Shown: positions 28,740 through 38,559 of the stretch, one piece after another
Numbering within the stretch: the first letter of the stretch is position 1
How the letters are laid out: each line of letters opens with the position of its first letter
Assembly: GCA_038848185.1 (NCBI GenBank)
Contig: JAWCNV010000006.1
Coordinates: forward strand, 16,315 to 80,314
DNA: 64,000 nucleotides
DNA from: Thermoproteota archaeon
GTDB lineage: Archaea; Thermoproteota; EX4484-205; JAAOZP01
Reading direction: 5' to 3'
Translations under genes and position numbers: made by a program
Notes under the pieces: generated by a model
Seen by the model: the letters and a program-made list of their open reading frames with translations, nothing else
The model's database searches: none
Told to the model about the DNA's origin: nothing

Positions 28740-29249
28740 ATGGGTAAAGTTTTCCTCTATACAGGAACCGGCGCGGGTAAGACTACTAACGCTATAGGCT
28801 TGGCGATTAGAGCGGTTGGTCACGGGCTTAAGGTTGTGATAATACAGTTCATGAAGGGTTGGAGGAACACTGGGGAATACCTGATAGCTGAACGCTTACA
28901 GCCTGAGTATGAGATTCATCTCGCCGGGGGAGAAGGATGGGTTGACCTTAGAAACCCTTCTGAGGAGGATAGGGAGATGGCGAGAAGAGGACTTTCCCTA
29001 GCTAGAGAAAAACTCAAGGAGAAGCCTGCTCTACTAGTGTTGGATGAGATTGCCCTAGCAGCATTCATAGGGCTTGTGCCTGTCGGAGAAGTATTGAATC
29101 TTTTAGACGAGCTTCCGGAGGAGACGGATGTGGTTTTAACAGGCAGATACACGCCCCCAGAACTGGTTAATAGAGCTGATTTCGTGAACCTAGTGGTTGA
29201 GGCGAAAAGCCACAAGGAAATGTACACGAAAATAGGCATAACTCATTAA
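28740..29249 (+). CDS. cobA: ATP:cob(I)alamin adenosyltransferase (CobA/CobO/BtuR family)
   Basis: 169 aa. P-loop 'YTGTGAGKTTNAIGLA', 'VVIIQFMKG' and 'LLVLDEI' are typical of CobA-type corrinoid adenosyltransferases. Confidence 0.8.
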   Translation: MGKVFLYTGTGAGKTTNAIGLAIRAVGHGLKVVIIQFMKGWRNTGEYLIAERLQPEYEIHLAGGEGWVDLRNPSEEDREMARRGLSLAREKLKEKPALLVLDEIALAAFIGLVPVGEVLNLLDELPEETDVVLTGRYTPPELVNRADFVNLVVEAKSHKEMYTKIGITH

Positions 29250-29938
29250 TAAAAGCACTTAGCAAAGTTCTGCTGAAGAAGTAATTCTCCTAAGACAATT
29301 CAACTATTTTAAACAAGCGGAAAACCCAGCTAATGTGATTTCTATGACACACAGGCTCATCTAAGCCTAGGAACAGGTTTACTGGTTGTAATATCCCGAA
29401 CCATTATGGTTTTGGAGGAACCAGCCTTCCCCATTAATCTTGCATGCCATAGTTTTGAGAAACACGGCGTGTTTCAAACAGTTTCCTCCAAGAGCCGATT
29501 GATTCGAAGCCTCTCTAAGTTTCAACCTGTTTTTTAAACGGGTTAAAAAAATGCTTTAGAAATGACAATACTGTTAGAAGAGTCTTCTGAAGATTAACTG
29601 TTTCGATGCAAAGGGGTTTAGAAGAATCCTCCAGTTATGGTTGAGAAACAGCTTTCTAAGGACTATTTGGAGAGTTACTCTCCTGAAAGATGTGTTTTTT
29701 CAAGATAATCAGGTTAGAAAACTTTTTCCAGTTTCTCCTAGCCTGTTTAAAGCTGTTGAAGAAGTAAAATGGTTCATATCACTGTTTAAAGCATTGGTAC
29801 TAGTTAAGAACATGAATTGGCATTCTAAAGAGGAATTGTTGAAAAGCTTCGTTGAATAACGGGAAAGAACCATGATTCATTTAGTAAAATAGATTTAATT
29901 ATAAGAGAACTTTTATATTTAGCCTTAATTTTAGTAAC

Positions 29939-31012
29939 TTGCTGAAAACGAGAAGAGCAAGCTGCATGCTGGTTGAGGAGAAGGAGCCCGTTACCATAGG
30001 TGTGGAGATAGAGTGCTACACAATTTTAACCGACGAGAAAAGAATATCGAGAAGCGTCCTGCTTCCAAGAGAAAAATCTTCGGAAGACGGGGAAAGATTT
30101 ACTATTGATAAAAGCATAGGCTCAGAATACGTTACTAAGCCTTTTGAAAGCATAGAGGAAGCATTATATGCCATAGAGAGAGGTCTGGGGAAATATGCTG
30201 ATCCATCTAAAAACTATAATGCTCTTCCGCTTCCAATAGGAGGATGGAACGACAGGTTTGCAGGAGCACATTTCCACATCGGTTTTAAAGAGAAAGGATT
30301 AAGGAAAGAAGAAGCGTTGAGCCTAGCAAACTATATTCACGACCATATTCCTCTCCTAATAGCGGTTTCCTCCAATTCACCGGTTTGGAGGAGAAGGATA
30401 ACGGGATACTCATCTAACAGGATGCTGCGCGTGGGAGGAGAGTACTGCATACCTGTTGCTAAAGGCGGGTTGAACCAGAATCACTATAGGGAGATGAATC
30501 TTAACCCTGAGAACAAGCATAAGCCCTCTACGCTTGAAATAAGGGTTTGTGATAGCAATATTCCTCCGTATGTTTGTACTGTGATAACTATACTGAGGAT
30601 TCTGGCTTCAGCTTGGAGGAATGGGGAGAAACCTTGTAACAGCTTGACGCATGAAGCTTATCTTCAGTCTAGGGTTGAGGCGGCTCAGAGAGGGGTTAAC
30701 GCAACACTCTACTGGAATGAGAAACCGGTTACGGTAGGCGAATACCTGAGGCTCTTAACCCTGAGTTATGAGGACGAGGCCAGCATATTAGACCCTCCTA
30801 GGAGTGTTGTTGAAGTCTTAAGCCTCTTGGAGAAAGGGTGGAATAACGCCGAGGCTATTAGGCATGCTGCAATAGAGTCTCGCATAAGGCTTGGAAGAGG
30901 TTGGGAGAAGGATATGGTTGTTAAACTGGCTTCCGCTATGGGAACTCTGTTGAACGGAGGTTCGCTTAAAAACTATCATAGGTCCCTAGGATTAGAAAGC
31001 CTCCCTGATTAA
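29939..31012 (+). CDS. GCS2-family carboxylate-amine ligase (YbdK-like glutamate-cysteine ligase family 2)
   Basis: 357 aa. 'TIGVEIECYTIL' resembles the YbdK 'TLGIELE' block. 'GAHFHIGF' (cf. HVHVG), 'AVSSNSPVW' (cf. SAASP) and 'TLEIRVCDS' (cf. VEVRVMD). Confidence 0.6.
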   Translation: MLKTRRASCMLVEEKEPVTIGVEIECYTILTDEKRISRSVLLPREKSSEDGERFTIDKSIGSEYVTKPFESIEEALYAIERGLGKYADPSKNYNALPLPIGGWNDRFAGAHFHIGFKEKGLRKEEALSLANYIHDHIPLLIAVSSNSPVWRRRITGYSSNRMLRVGGEYCIPVAKGGLNQNHYREMNLNPENKHKPSTLEIRVCDSNIPPYVCTVITILRILASAWRNGEKPCNSLTHEAYLQSRVEAAQRGVNATLYWNEKPVTVGEYLRLLTLSYEDEASILDPPRSVVEVLSLLEKGWNNAEAIRHAAIESRIRLGRGWEKDMVVKLASAMGTLLNGGSLKNYHRSLGLESLPD

Positions 31013-31092
31013 CCAGTATTTTTCTAAACGTAAGAATACAATAGGTTTATAGTTTTCAAACGCATGTCTTTTTCAAGAGCCTGAACGGGAAA

Positions 31093-32700
31093 ATGGGAGA
31101 AAGCAACGATACGCTGTTCGTCGAGCTTGCGGAGCTTTGCGAGAGTCTTTCTAAGACAACCAAAAGGCTGGAGAAGGTTAGGCTAATAGGGGAATTTCTG
31201 AAGAGGCTGAGAAAAGAGGAGATAGCTCCGGCAGCGCTTCTGATAGTTGGAGAAATATTCCCGGAAGCCTCCTCCAAGACTCTCGAAATAGGTTACGCCA
31301 CTATAAGCAGGATCTTTGAAACCCGTTCTCAGAAAACGCTTTTCGAGAAACCCTTGACAATTCTAAACGTTGCAGAGTATTTCGAGAAGATTGCAAGGGC
31401 CTCTGGCTCAGGGTCTAGGGAGAATAAGGATCTTCTCCTCAGGTCGATGCTTGAAAGAGCTTCAGAGCTTGAGGCCAAGTATATTGTGAAGAATATTTTC
31501 GGAGAGATGCAACATGGGGTTGGGGAGGGAATTATGCTGGAGGCGATTGCGAAAGCCTCTGACACCGGTCTGGAACTCGTGAGGAGAGCCCTAATGTTCT
31601 CAGGTAATCTTGGAAGGGTTGCGGAGGTTGCTTTAACTTCTGGCGAAGAGGGCTTGAGGAGAATCGGGCTGACTCTTTTCAACCCAGTGAAACCGATGCT
31701 TGCACAGATGGCTTACAGCGTTAATGAGGTTTTCGAATATCATAAAAATGTTGCGTTCGAATACAAGTTTGACGGGGCGAGAGTGCAAATTCATAAGAAG
31801 GAGACCCAGGTTAGGATTTTCAGCAGACGTTTAACAGATGTCACTGTAAGTATTCCTGAGATAGTTAGCGAGGCTGCTAACGGGATTAATGCTGATGAGG
31901 CTGTGCTTGACGGTGAGGTTATAGCAATTGGTACTGACGGGAAACCCTTGCCCTTCCAGGATTTGATGAGGAGATTCACGAAGGTTAGGAATGTGGAGGA
32001 GGAGATGAAGAGGATTCCACTTAAACTCTACTTGTTTGACGTGATGTATTTGAATGGTGTGCAGCTTATAGATGAGCCCTATGTTAAGAGGTGGAGCAGA
32101 CTTGAGGAAATTGCAAGAGGTGTGAACCTGGCTCCCAGAATAGTTACTTCAAGCGTGAGAGAAGCTGAAAGGTTCATGGAGAAGGCTGTGACTGAGGGGC
32201 ATGAGGGGGTTGTTGCAAAAGCCCTTGACAGCCCCTACATACCTGGCACAAGGGGAAGACTATGGTTTAAGCTGAAGACTGCTGACTATCTTGACCTTGT
32301 TATTGTAGGGGCTCAATGGGGTTACGGTAGGAGGACAGGGTGGCTGAGCGACTATTTTCTCGCCGCTTTAGACGATGAGACAGGCAGCTACGAGATAATC
32401 GGCAAGACTTTCAAGGGTTTAACTGACGAGGAGTTTAAGCAAATGACGAAAAGACTTCTGGAGCTGAAGACAGGGAAGGAGGAGAATACTGTTTGGGTTA
32501 AGCCGGAGATAGTTGTTGAAGTGGCTTACAGCGAGATTCAGAGAAGCCCAAGATACAGGTCTGGTTTCGCACTCAGGTTTGCGAGAATAACTAGGATAAG
32601 GAGCGATAAGAACCCGTCTGAAGCAGACACGTTGAAGAGAGTTAGGGAGCTTTACGAGAGACAGCATGAGAGAAAGGGGATTTTGAAAAACGGTTTTTAA
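31093..32700 (+). CDS. lig: ATP-dependent DNA ligase
   Basis: 535 aa. Adenylation motif I 'EYKFDGARVQIHKK' (KxDG). OB-fold and DNA-binding domain arrangement of archaeal Lig. Confidence 0.9.
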   Translation: MGESNDTLFVELAELCESLSKTTKRLEKVRLIGEFLKRLRKEEIAPAALLIVGEIFPEASSKTLEIGYATISRIFETRSQKTLFEKPLTILNVAEYFEKIARASGSGSRENKDLLLRSMLERASELEAKYIVKNIFGEMQHGVGEGIMLEAIAKASDTGLELVRRALMFSGNLGRVAEVALTSGEEGLRRIGLTLFNPVKPMLAQMAYSVNEVFEYHKNVAFEYKFDGARVQIHKKETQVRIFSRRLTDVTVSIPEIVSEAANGINADEAVLDGEVIAIGTDGKPLPFQDLMRRFTKVRNVEEEMKRIPLKLYLFDVMYLNGVQLIDEPYVKRWSRLEEIARGVNLAPRIVTSSVREAERFMEKAVTEGHEGVVAKALDSPYIPGTRGRLWFKLKTADYLDLVIVGAQWGYGRRTGWLSDYFLAALDDETGSYEIIGKTFKGLTDEEFKQMTKRLLELKTGKEENTVWVKPEIVVEVAYSEIQRSPRYRSGFALRFARITRIRSDKNPSEADTLKRVRELYERQHERKGILKNGF

Positions 32701-32726
32701 GAAGGGTTGAATGCTTAGATGCGCTT

Positions 32727-33245
32727 TTAGGGTTTCTCGATCACGGTTCTCGTTATTATCTCAATTCTAGTCACTTTACCCTTTTCAACATCAACCCATA
32801 CAAATGCTATTCCCGAGGTATTTTTGCGCAGCATGAGGACAGCGCCCTTAGCTTTTGTCACAACGCTTCCATCCCCCTCGATGGTGGTTGAGATGACGGG
32901 TTTGACGCAAGTAATGTTATAACCCTCGGAAAGCAAATTCTGCACATCCTGATCACTCTTAGCTATGTTGGCAACATTTTCCTTAAACTCTTCGCTGACC
33001 TCTATGGAGCCAAGCCCCCGCCTGAAACGGTTGCAATACGGGTTTATCTGAGCAGATTTGTTAAAGTTCTGGCTCCAGCCTCGTCTGAAAAAGACCAGTG
33101 GTCCGCGGCTTGGTTGCCCATAGCCGAATTCTTTTGGAGAAGCGTCTGTTTGCGCGATAACGCTCATTAAGCTAGCGTATATAATCAAGATGCTTATTGA
33201 CAGGAGAGAGGCAAGTAGCACTACCTTAAGAGGCTTGCTCATCAT
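32727..33245 (-). CDS. Secreted hypothetical protein (signal-anchor N-terminus)
   Basis: Likely start at 'MMSKPLKVVLLASLLSISILIIYASL'. The longer ORF extends to 33365. No catalytic motif. Confidence 0.4.
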   Translation of the reverse strand: MMSKPLKVVLLASLLSISILIIYASLMSVIAQTDASPKEFGYGQPSRGPLVFFRRGWSQNFNKSAQINPYCNRFRRGLGSIEVSEEFKENVANIAKSDQDVQNLLSEGYNITCVKPVISTTIEGDGSVVTKAKGAVLMLRKNTSGIAFVWVDVEKGKVTRIEIITRTVIEKP

Positions 33246-33306
33246 TTTGCTACTACTATCAGTAGTAGGTGCTATATAAATTTTTCTTAGCCGGTGTAAA
33301 ATAACT

Positions 33307-34263
33307 ATGGCAATGGCGGTGATAATTTTTCCTGAAAAGTCAGAAGTTTTAAATAGGCTAATCAAATGGTTTCAAAACAATAGATTGGAAATCATTGTTA
33401 AAGAGAGTCTAGATCTAGATAAAGTCACTAGTCTGTTTGAGCGGCATAAGGACATCCCGTTCACATATTTGACGAATATTCCGCTTGTGGAAATGCTCAG
33501 CCGGCTGGAATCCTTCAAAATATTTGTGGCGGAGGTTAATGGTGAAACAGTTGGCTGCATCCATTCCCTAAACTACATTTATGATTGTGGATATATCGGG
33601 GGTCTCCTCATCCACAGGGATTTCAGAAGAATGGGTGTGGGCAGTAAACTGCTGAAGACAGCCTTAGATAGTCTGAATACAAGACACGTTTACCTTTTCG
33701 CAGAGGAGAAGAATACTATGGCAATAAGGTTCTTCGAGAAGACAGGCTTCAGAAAACTCTATAGAAGGCTCTTCTGCATTACTTCAACCCCACTGGATGA
33801 AGCTTTCAGAGGAGACTTACGCATAACGAGTGATGTTGAATGGACGGATTTAAAGGAGGCTGTTGGCTTCCGGGAGAGGAAAGGGGTCGTCAACTTTGGC
33901 TACTACCCGGTTAAGATAACTAGAAGCGTGTTCGAAGATTTGAAGACTAGCGGTAAAGTCTTGAGATGCGGCGGCGTCATAGCGATAGTTGAGAATTCGC
34001 GTGGATTAATAATTGGAGAACACCTTTACAGTTTTAACGACAACATAGTTAAGCATTTACGCGATGTTAATGCGTCGATAAGCATTGTTGAATTAAACCC
34101 TTTCTATACGAAGCCTAAGCCATCAGACTTAGTTAAGCTGGTGAACCATCTGGTATCGGTTGGAGAAGTACATGTTAAAACCTATGATGGAGACCCTGTA
34201 GTCAGTAAACTGCCTCTAACAAGTAGAATTGGAGCGTTAACAATGGAGTATAAAAAAGTATAG
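33307..34263 (+). CDS. GNAT-family N-acetyltransferase with C-terminal extension
   Basis: 'HRDFRRMGVGSKLLKTALDSL' is GNAT motif A (Q/RxxGxG/A). Confidence 0.65.
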   Translation: MAMAVIIFPEKSEVLNRLIKWFQNNRLEIIVKESLDLDKVTSLFERHKDIPFTYLTNIPLVEMLSRLESFKIFVAEVNGETVGCIHSLNYIYDCGYIGGLLIHRDFRRMGVGSKLLKTALDSLNTRHVYLFAEEKNTMAIRFFEKTGFRKLYRRLFCITSTPLDEAFRGDLRITSDVEWTDLKEAVGFRERKGVVNFGYYPVKITRSVFEDLKTSGKVLRCGGVIAIVENSRGLIIGEHLYSFNDNIVKHLRDVNASISIVELNPFYTKPKPSDLVKLVNHLVSVGEVHVKTYDGDPVVSKLPLTSRIGALTMEYKKV

Positions 34264-34303
34264 GAACGCCTAGTAAAGGGCTTATTTGAAAGAAAGAATT
34301 TGT

Positions 34304-35248
34304 CTATTTTTCCTGTCTTCTCGTAAACACCATGTAGGAGGCCACTAGGAAAACTATTGGGAAGACTATGAGTACTACGATATCTATTAAGCGTGTTGAG
34401 AACACTGTAAGAATGTTGACTACTCTCCTCCCCTGTCCGAATTCAATGGGGCCGGCGGCAAAGCCGAAAAGCGAGTTAGTTATCTGATTATAATGGTAGT
34501 TTATTGATAGCATCTGTATTGTACTAGAAATTTCTGAAACTTTTCTTTGATAGTTAATAAATTCTTGAGTAAACTGCTGTGGAAAACTGGCGTTACCATA
34601 TATGATGATTTGAGGGCCTGTTGGGGGTTGACCTAAGAGAGCAACCGCAATAAGAATGCTTATTATGGGCAGTATGAATGTGAAGAAAATCCAGACGCCT
34701 ATACCAATTATGAACGAGTGGCTAGACTTATTTGATAAGGTTGAGACGAAGAGTGAAAAAGCATAGTAGGCAAAAGAGAGAACTATTGAAAAAACGATGA
34801 AGATACCGACCCTTGCAATATCATCAAGTGTCACGGCAATGTTATGTAGCAATATTGATACTGATACTGATGCTAATGAGGACACTGTTATGATTAAACC
34901 TATTACGGCGAGTGCTGATATTATCTTCCCGTTGATCACATCCTCCCTGTATATTGGTCTTGAAAGCAGAATCCTAAGGGTTCCGCGCTCCCTCTCTCCT
35001 GATACGGCGTCAAAGGCCAAGGCTATGCCGAGTAGTGGAACCATGTATGCTGTTGCTGAAGCTATTGTTGAAGCTATCTGGATCATCGGTCTCATTGCTT
35101 GCTGAGCACCCATTTGGAAGCCGAAGGATGTTGAATATGTACTGGCTATTGAAAACAGCAGGAATATGCCTGTAATCAGCCAGAGCCTCTTACTGGTTAC
35201 AGCGTCAGTAAATTCTTTACGTGCAATCGGGAAAGCATTCTTCATCAT
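34304..35248 (-). CDS. ABC-2 type transporter permease
   Basis: 314 aa, 6 predicted TM helices. Start overlaps the stop of the upstream ATPase gene. Confidence 0.65.
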   Translation of the reverse strand: MMKNAFPIARKEFTDAVTSKRLWLITGIFLLFSIASTYSTSFGFQMGAQQAMRPMIQIASTIASATAYMVPLLGIALAFDAVSGERERGTLRILLSRPIYREDVINGKIISALAVIGLIITVSSLASVSVSILLHNIAVTLDDIARVGIFIVFSIVLSFAYYAFSLFVSTLSNKSSHSFIIGIGVWIFFTFILPIISILIAVALLGQPPTGPQIIIYGNASFPQQFTQEFINYQRKVSEISSTIQMLSINYHYNQITNSLFGFAAGPIEFGQGRRVVNILTVFSTRLIDIVVLIVFPIVFLVASYMVFTRRQEK

Positions 35249-36216
35249 TTCTTATTCCCCTCCTGGTAGAACTGGTATATCTCCTCCCACGACGGTTCTA
35301 CGGGCGTTAGTGATTCGACGATCTCCTTATATGGGCTCTTTGTTACCATCGAGAGGAGGTCTCTTCCTATATCGTTGTTCGAGGAAACGGTTATTCTATC
35401 TTCACTTTGCGTTATCTCCCTCACCCCCGGCATAGACTTTATTTCCTGCAACGGGATTTCACTGCCAGGCTTAACGTGGAGCTCGTAACGGTAGCCTTTC
35501 GCTGCTTTAACGGGCCGGTATAATTCCTCTATGCTTCCCTGCGTCAAGATCCTTCCTTCACGTATCATCGCTGCGTGAGTGCACACCATGCCCACCTCGT
35601 ATAGGAGGTGTGTGGACATGAGGATTGTCTTACCCTCTTTGTTCATCTTTCTAACTAGGTTTCTGAATTCAGCAGCCCCTTCCGGGTCTATTCCGACTGT
35701 CGGCTCGTCGAATATCAGTAGCTCCGGATCCTTCAACAGGGCTTGCGCCACTCCCAGCCTCTGCTTCATGCCGCGGGAGAATGTTGAAACTTTGTCGCTA
35801 GCCCTATCTTTTAAACCGACTGTTTCGAGCGCTTCCAATGCTCTTTTCTTCCTCTGGTCGGAAGGTATTCCGTCGAGCGTAGCTAGGAAAGTTAAGTTCT
35901 CGAGGGCAGTCATATGGTCGTAGAAGCCGAAGCCTTCTGGAAGCAGGCTTACTCTCTTTCTTATCTCCACAGAGTCCTTAACAGTGTCTAAACCAAGTAC
36001 TTTAGCACTGCCGCTTGTGGGAAGCAATAACCCTATGAGGATGGAGATTAAGGTCGTTTTTCCAGATCCGTTTGGACCGAATAAGCCGTAGGTGCTTGAC
36101 TTAGGCACCTTCATGTTTACGCCGTTAAGCGCCTTAATTCCTGAATTCTCCTTACCGTATATTTTCACGAGGCTTTCAGTTTCTATTGCTAGACTCATTT
36201 TCTCACCTTCTCCCAT
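35245..36216 (-). CDS. ABC transporter ATP-binding protein (ABC-2 exporter type)
   Basis: Walker A 'GPNGSGKTT', Q-loop, signature 'FSRGMKQRLGVA', Walker B 'LLIFDEPT', H-loop. Confidence 0.9.
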   Translation of the reverse strand: MGEGEKMSLAIETESLVKIYGKENSGIKALNGVNMKVPKSSTYGLFGPNGSGKTTLISILIGLLLPTSGSAKVLGLDTVKDSVEIRKRVSLLPEGFGFYDHMTALENLTFLATLDGIPSDQRKKRALEALETVGLKDRASDKVSTFSRGMKQRLGVAQALLKDPELLIFDEPTVGIDPEGAAEFRNLVRKMNKEGKTILMSTHLLYEVGMVCTHAAMIREGRILTQGSIEELYRPVKAAKGYRYELHVKPGSEIPLQEIKSMPGVREITQSEDRITVSSNNDIGRDLLSMVTKSPYKEIVESLTPVEPSWEEIYQFYQEGNKK

Positions 36217-38020
36217 ACCTACGGTAGATCATGAGTAGTACTCCAATCATCACAACAGCGATGACTGCTCCGATTAACAGGACTTCGCTCCTTTGCTTAA
36301 CGTAAACGTGGAGGCTGCGGGTGGTTGTCTGAGTCTGATCCGCCTTAAGGCTTAGAGTAATGTAGTAGTCGCCAGCACTTATGTCCGCGTCGCTTGTGAT
36401 GGTTAGTGAGAAAACAGCGTTTTCCTGAGGCTTAAGCAATGGCACAACATTAGGATCAGCCTTAACTTCGAAACCGTCAGGCGTATCAGAAACCTCAAGT
36501 TTAAGATTTGAGAGTGAGCTATACCCAGTGTTCTTAACCTCAACTTGGAAAACTATGGATTCGCCGGCTGTCGACTCACAGTAAAAGTTCTGTGTCACGT
36601 ATGCAACACTATACCATCCAAGTATACCTAGTCCCAGATTCAGCCTGTCATTGGATTCCGCTGCACTAGCCTCCAAAACTATTGAAAGTACGTCCGGCTC
36701 AGCTAGTGGAGGTATGCTTACAATCATGTTTAGCTTCCTGCTTTCACCAGCCTTCAAGTAGAGCTTAGACAAGACGCTTCCAGAAGAATCCTTAATCGCC
36801 CAGTTGTAGCCAGCAGGAATACCCGTAACGCTGATGCTTACAATTCCATCCGAGTTCCCAGTGTTCTCAACTTCTATAGGATAGTTGGCAGTATTCCCAG
36901 CGTATGCATCTACGTAAGGAGTGTCTGTACGCAGCTTCAGCTTGGGAGCCCCCTTAACCACTGTTATGTTAAGGGGGAGTGTTGAATAGAAATCCTTGGT
37001 TTTTAAGGAAACAGTTGCCAAATAGTTTCCAGAATCCTCTTCTGCCGGAACATCTATCTTCACCTTCGCATTCACAAATTCGCCTGGTTCTAAAGAGAGC
37101 CCGTAGAGGCTGCTACCGTCGCCTTTAACGATACTTCCTGTCCAACCGTTCGGAATCTCTAAGAATATTGTCCCGGTAAACCTGCTTGTTAAAACATTTT
37201 TGACCGTTAAATCAAAGCTTATTGTTGAGCCCGGAGTGGTTCGGACAATCGGGTATGTTGAAGTTAAGATTTTGAGGTCAGCCTCCTCAACGTATAGTGA
37301 AATAGTTTTCTCTTGGATCGTTGAGCCTGATACTCTAACCGTCAGGTGGTAGAGCCCCTGCGCACTATATGGAGCCTGTATCTTCAGGTTCAGGTTTTGA
37401 ACACTGCCTTGGCTAAGTGTCAAGTTAACTACCTCGGCTGAACCATAGTAGACGCCAGCACCCCATCCTTCTGGAGCCTCTACTGAAACTGTTACCGTCT
37501 CCTCCTCTGACCCCTTGTTCTCTATAGAAACAGGTATGCTGACCTCTGAAAAAGCCTTCACCCTCGTGAATGTTTGAGATATTGAAATACCCAGAGCATA
37601 ATCAAGAAGAATCTCTCCCAGATCCACAGAGGACCTGCTTAAGCTGACTGCCACCGACCTGCTTTCATAACCCTTCTTCTCCAGCTGAATCCTGTAGGTG
37701 TCAGCACTGAGACTCACAGAAAAGTCTCCGCCGAGAAGAGTCCGGGTTTTAGCCACAAATGCTCCTGAAGTATCGTAAACATTAACAGTCACGTAGCTTA
37801 GAGGATTGCCGTTAACATCCTTAACTGTTCCAAGAACAGTGTATGATACGGTGGATTGTTGGCTGGAAAACTGGCCACGAATAGGAATTATTGAATAGGC
37901 TAGCAAAATTGTTGCAAGAATAATGAGCTTATGCGAATGATTTTGATTACTTATTTTTGTTATATCATCTTTCTCCTCAATAGCGGTCCTTCTCATTGTT
38001 ACTATCACCAGTCGTAGCAT
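36203..38020 (-). CDS. Large cell-surface protein with repeated beta-sandwich (CARDB-like) domains and C-terminal TM anchor
   Basis: 605 aa. N-terminal TM. Multiple 'VENTG'/'VKNTGYS'/'IENKGSEE' CARDB-like repeats. C-terminal 'LLIGAVIAVVMIGVLLMIYRRYGRR'. Overlaps the start of the ABC ATPase gene. Confidence 0.6.
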   Translation of the reverse strand: MLRLVIVTMRRTAIEEKDDITKISNQNHSHKLIILATILLAYSIIPIRGQFSSQQSTVSYTVLGTVKDVNGNPLSYVTVNVYDTSGAFVAKTRTLLGGDFSVSLSADTYRIQLEKKGYESRSVAVSLSRSSVDLGEILLDYALGISISQTFTRVKAFSEVSIPVSIENKGSEEETVTVSVEAPEGWGAGVYYGSAEVVNLTLSQGSVQNLNLKIQAPYSAQGLYHLTVRVSGSTIQEKTISLYVEEADLKILTSTYPIVRTTPGSTISFDLTVKNVLTSRFTGTIFLEIPNGWTGSIVKGDGSSLYGLSLEPGEFVNAKVKIDVPAEEDSGNYLATVSLKTKDFYSTLPLNITVVKGAPKLKLRTDTPYVDAYAGNTANYPIEVENTGNSDGIVSISVTGIPAGYNWAIKDSSGSVLSKLYLKAGESRKLNMIVSIPPLAEPDVLSIVLEASAAESNDRLNLGLGILGWYSVAYVTQNFYCESTAGESIVFQVEVKNTGYSSLSNLKLEVSDTPDGFEVKADPNVVPLLKPQENAVFSLTITSDADISAGDYYITLSLKADQTQTTTRSLHVYVKQRSEVLLIGAVIAVVMIGVLLMIYRRYGRR

Positions 38021-38112
38021 TCCTATTTATGCCCCCCTTTATAAATGTTACTATCTTAGATAGTAGGTTAAAAAAAGTTAAATAGCTACTATAAGCCATA
38101 GTATAGGAAAAC

Positions 38113-38559
38113 ATGCCCCGGAAGCTTGCGAAAATATCCCAGTATAACATTGGGGAGAAGGAGCTTCAGGCTTTCCTAGGCCCATTGGAAGCAAGCATAA
38201 TAGAGATCGTGTGGGGTTCTGAGAGTCCTCTTACAGTTAGAGATGTTTATGAGAGGCTTAAGCGGAAGAAGAGGATTGCCTACACCACTGTTATGACTAC
38301 GATGGATAGGCTTTACTGCAAGGGGTTGCTTGACAGACGCGTTGAAAAAGGGAGGGGCGGAGTATTCTATGTTTACTGGTCAAGGTTTGAAAAAAATAGT
38401 TTCAAGAAGTCGGCTGTTCAAGAAGTTTTGAATAGTCTGGTTGAAAACTTTGGCGAGATAGTTGCAAGCTACCTAGTTGAAAGAGTATCTTCAGACGAGC
38501 AGGAGCGTAAGAGTTTGAAGGAGAGGCTTGAGAAAGCTTTGAAGAAGAAGGAGGGTTGA
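38113..38559 (+). CDS. BlaI/MecI/CopY-family (penicillinase repressor-type) winged-helix transcriptional repressor
   Basis: 148 aa. 'LGPLEASIIEIVWGSESPLTVRDVYERL...AYTTVMTTMDRLYCKGLL' matches the Penicillinase_R HTH domain. C-terminal coiled coil. Confidence 0.7.
   Translation: MPRKLAKISQYNIGEKELQAFLGPLEASIIEIVWGSESPLTVRDVYERLKRKKRIAYTTVMTTMDRLYCKGLLDRRVEKGRGGVFYVYWSRFEKNSFKKSAVQEVLNSLVENFGEIVASYLVERVSSDEQERKSLKERLEKALKKKEG

Noticed and set aside
29641-29859. 72-aa ORF inside the long AT-rich cobA/GCS2 spacer.
   Set aside because: AT-rich, no ribosome-binding or promoter context, no protein-like composition. Treated as non-coding.
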